A DNA stretch of 64,000 nucleotides from an uncultured Solirubrobacteraceae bacterium (GTDB lineage Bacteria; Actinomycetota; Thermoleophilia; Solirubrobacterales; Solirubrobacteraceae), in assembly GCA_963704495.1 (NCBI GenBank), contig OY969911.1, positions 1,764,060 through 1,828,059 on the forward strand, given 5' to 3'. This document shows positions 61,757-64,000 of this stretch, in pieces. The stretch's first letter is position 1. Each line of letters opens with the position of its first letter. A program made the position numbers and the translations under genes. The notes below the pieces were generated by a model. The model saw only the letters and a list, made by a program, of their open reading frames with translations, did not search any database and was not told the DNA's origin.

Positions 61757-62773
61757 CTAGGGCGCATGGTCACTTGACTGATTGCCTCTGGAGCCCGCGT
61801 CTACCACTCGGTTGGCGCGGGCTTCACCTGAGGGCAGTCGCCGCTTGTGGGCGCCGAGCCCGAGGCAGAGTGCGACCGCTATCCCGGCCGCGACCCTCAC
61901 GAGTGTCGCCGCTCGCCGCACGTCCGATGCCGTGGGCTGCGCGAGCTCGGCGCCGATGACGTACTCATCTGGCTTCTCCAGTCGGCATCCGAGTGCTCCC
62001 GCCATAGCCGCGATCGTCCAGCCGGCGTTCGGGCTTGCCAGACGGGCGTGCTCGTGACGCGCTCGGCGCGCGGCTAGGGCAGCGTTTGAGCGACCCTCGC
62101 AGAGCAGCGTTGAGGCGATCAGCGCCCCGGCCGCCAGCCGCGCGGGCGCAATGTTGAGCAGGTCATCGCTGCGCGCGGCCGACTTGCCCAGCCACTCGAG
62201 CTCGCCGCGATAGCCGACCATTGCGTCTGCCGTGTTGAACACGCGATAGGCGATCGCTGCCGGCAGGCCCCCAAGGCTGAAGGCCAAAAGCGGCGCGACG
62301 ATCGAGTCGCACAGGTTCTCGGCGAGTGACTCGATCGCCGCCGAGGCAAGCAGATGGGCGGGGAGCTCCGCGGTCTCGCGAGCGACGAGCTGTCCCACCC
62401 AGGTGCGGGCGAGCTCGATATCCGAACGCTCCAGAGCCGAGGCGACACGCTGGCCGCTCTCGACCAGCTCCCGCAGCGCGAACGTCGGCTTCAGCGTGAG
62501 GCCAAGCAGGATGGCGCCCGCCGGCAGGCGATCGGCGGTTCGCTCGATCACCCGTGCGCCGAGCGCGCTTGCGCCTACGACCACACCGAGCGCGCCCGCG
62601 CCGCCGAGCAGCGAGTGCACAGGCGGCGATCCTCTCCAGGGCGAGTAGGCGCGGGTCAGCGCGCGGCCGATCAGCACCGTTGGGTGCATGCGGTGGTTTG
62701 GGTCGCCGACTGCCGCATCGAGCGCGAGCGAGCTCAGCACGCTCGTGGTAAAGCCGGCATTGCGCGTGCTCAT
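61757..62773 (-). CDS. cbiB: Adenosylcobinamide-phosphate synthase (CbiB/CobD)
   Basis: GDP..HP, ESLAEN..D, NTADAMVGY, SPNAG. Confidence 0.93.
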   Translation of the reverse strand: MSTRNAGFTTSVLSSLALDAAVGDPNHRMHPTVLIGRALTRAYSPWRGSPPVHSLLGGAGALGVVVGASALGARVIERTADRLPAGAILLGLTLKPTFALRELVESGQRVASALERSDIELARTWVGQLVARETAELPAHLLASAAIESLAENLCDSIVAPLLAFSLGGLPAAIAYRVFNTADAMVGYRGELEWLGKSAARSDDLLNIAPARLAAGALIASTLLCEGRSNAALAARRARHEHARLASPNAGWTIAAMAGALGCRLEKPDEYVIGAELAQPTASDVRRAATLVRVAAGIAVALCLGLGAHKRRLPSGEARANRVVDAGSRGNQSSDHAP

Positions 62774-62791
62774 CGGCGCTACCCCAGGCTC

Positions 62792-63457
62792 TCAGCGCTC
62801 TCGCGCTGCGAGCCTGCCGATCGTGTTCAGCACCGCTGTGGCGATTCCAGAACCTCCGCGAGAGCCGCGCAGCGCGAGATGGGGTAGCGGAGAGCGCGCC
62901 AGCAGATCCTTTGACTCGGCGGCGAGGGTGAATCCCGGACAGGTGCCGATCAGACAGGCCGGCGCTCCCTCGCTCTCGGCGAGATCCAGCGCCGCGAGCA
63001 GCGCCGTTGGCGCGTTGCCGACCACGACGACGCCGTCGCGGCCGTGTGAGTCCCAAGCCAGGCGCATGCCGGCCGCCGCGCGCGTCGTGCCGGTGCGTTC
63101 TGCCAACTCGCGGGCGCCGTCGAAGCGCACCGCCGTGGCGATCTCGGCCTCGATCCGAGTTGCGCCGGCGGCGACCATGCCGATGTCGACCAACACACGC
63201 CCAGACTGCAGCGCCCTGATCCCGTGCTTGGCCGGTTCGCCGCCGATCGCCAGGTCGGCGACGATGCTCGTGTCACCGGCGGCGTAGATGCACGACGAGG
63301 CCAGCATTGCGTCCTGACCGTTGAAGCGTGACGCCGCCTCTTGCGCCAACGCGCGACTGCGGCTCTCGATCTCACCCGGCGGTTTGCCGAGCCGCTCGAG
63401 CAGTCCTCCGGGGATCGGCCACTCCCGCTCGATATTCACCGCGCTCGGCGACTGCAT
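62792..63457 (-). CDS. cobH: Precorrin-8X methylmutase
   Basis: IESRS, TRAAA, GNAPTAL, AESK, RGGS. Confidence 0.9.
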   Translation of the reverse strand: MQSPSAVNIEREWPIPGGLLERLGKPPGEIESRSRALAQEAASRFNGQDAMLASSCIYAAGDTSIVADLAIGGEPAKHGIRALQSGRVLVDIGMVAAGATRIEAEIATAVRFDGARELAERTGTTRAAAGMRLAWDSHGRDGVVVVGNAPTALLAALDLAESEGAPACLIGTCPGFTLAAESKDLLARSPLPHLALRGSRGGSGIATAVLNTIGRLAARER

Positions 63458-63559
63458 CGCTTTGCGTTCACCACCTACGATGAGCCGCGGACTCAAACAC
63501 AGTTGGCAACATACAGCGCTGTTCCAAGGACGGCAACCGTGGCTCCTACCGGGATTGGC

Positions 63560-64000
63560 CTAGCACTCCTTTTGAGCGCTCCACTGAACGACTGGCATAT
63601 GCGGGCGCCATCCGGTTGAGGCGCCGAGCGGCGCCGCGTGCTCGACGTGAAGTCTCGTGAGCGTCCCTCCGTGGAGCTCTCGCGCAGCCACGATCGCGCG
63701 CTCTCCCTCGAGCGTCACGGCGTTGGCGACTAGTCGACCGCCGGGCAGCAGCGCGCTGAAGCAGCGCTCATGCAGCTCTTGCTCGCCCACCGCGCCGCCG
63801 AGAAAAATGACGTTAGGTCGGGGTAGCTCGAGCAGCGCCTCAGGCGCGCGGCCAACCCGCACATCGAGCGCCGGCACCCCCAACGTGAGCGCGTTCTCGC
63901 GGATGCGCTCGGCGCGATCGGGACGCTCCTCGATCGCTATCGCACGGGCGCTCGGCTCGGCGCGCAGCCACTCGATCGCGATCGACCCGCTGCCAGCGCC
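63560..64000 (-). CDS. cobL: Precorrin-6Y methyltransferase CobL/CbiT, C-terminal part (5' truncated by window)
   Basis: GAGSGSIAIEW, FLGG, GGRLVANAVTLE. Confidence 0.85.
   Translation of the reverse strand, partial: GAGSGSIAIEWLRAEPSARAIAIEERPDRAERIRENALTLGVPALDVRVGRAPEALLELPRPNVIFLGGAVGEQELHERCFSALLPGGRLVANAVTLEGERAIVAARELHGGTLTRLHVEHAAPLGASTGWRPHMPVVQWSAQKEC

Noticed and set aside
63460-63560. Cobalamin riboswitch before cobH or at 60262-60600
   Set aside because: No B12-box or GGGAA..GCCACTG core could be found by eye
1-64000. CRISPR array, rRNA, IS transposase, phage structural genes
   Set aside because: No regularly spaced repeats or matching motifs seen

Overview
High-GC actinobacterial chromosome segment; gene content and order suggest Thermoleophilia/Solirubrobacterales (inference). 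It has four parts. (1) 0.9-5.5 kb: a type II restriction-modification block with two paralogous XRE/controller-like genes, each with the same double operator. (2) 5.54-14.30 kb: an ~8.7 kb island integrated in the 3' end of tRNA-Met(CAT), bounded by a 47-bp direct repeat, with a tyrosine integrase. Its cargo is a poly-G-interrupted membrane protein, a SAM methyltransferase, a GHKL kinase plus STAS-wHTH pair, and a bacterial ubiquitin-like operon. In that operon the two-domain Ubl ends in Ser rather than Gly, the E2 has no Cys, and the JAB-E1 fusion has no catalytic Cys. (3) 14.3-43.5 kb: core genes (ftcd, hisS, IscU-MnmA, alaS, ruvX, mltG, aro genes) interleaved with a type IV pilus locus. Six promoters here share a sigma-28-like motif. 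Many genes carry single-base frameshifts that look like sequencing errors. (4) 43.5-64 kb: vapBC and a cobalamin cluster with a CbiX-CbiO fusion, a cobF-P450 pair, an ApgM-like gene and an inserted Kelch-repeat gene. All calls come from reading motifs by eye; no database searches were run.
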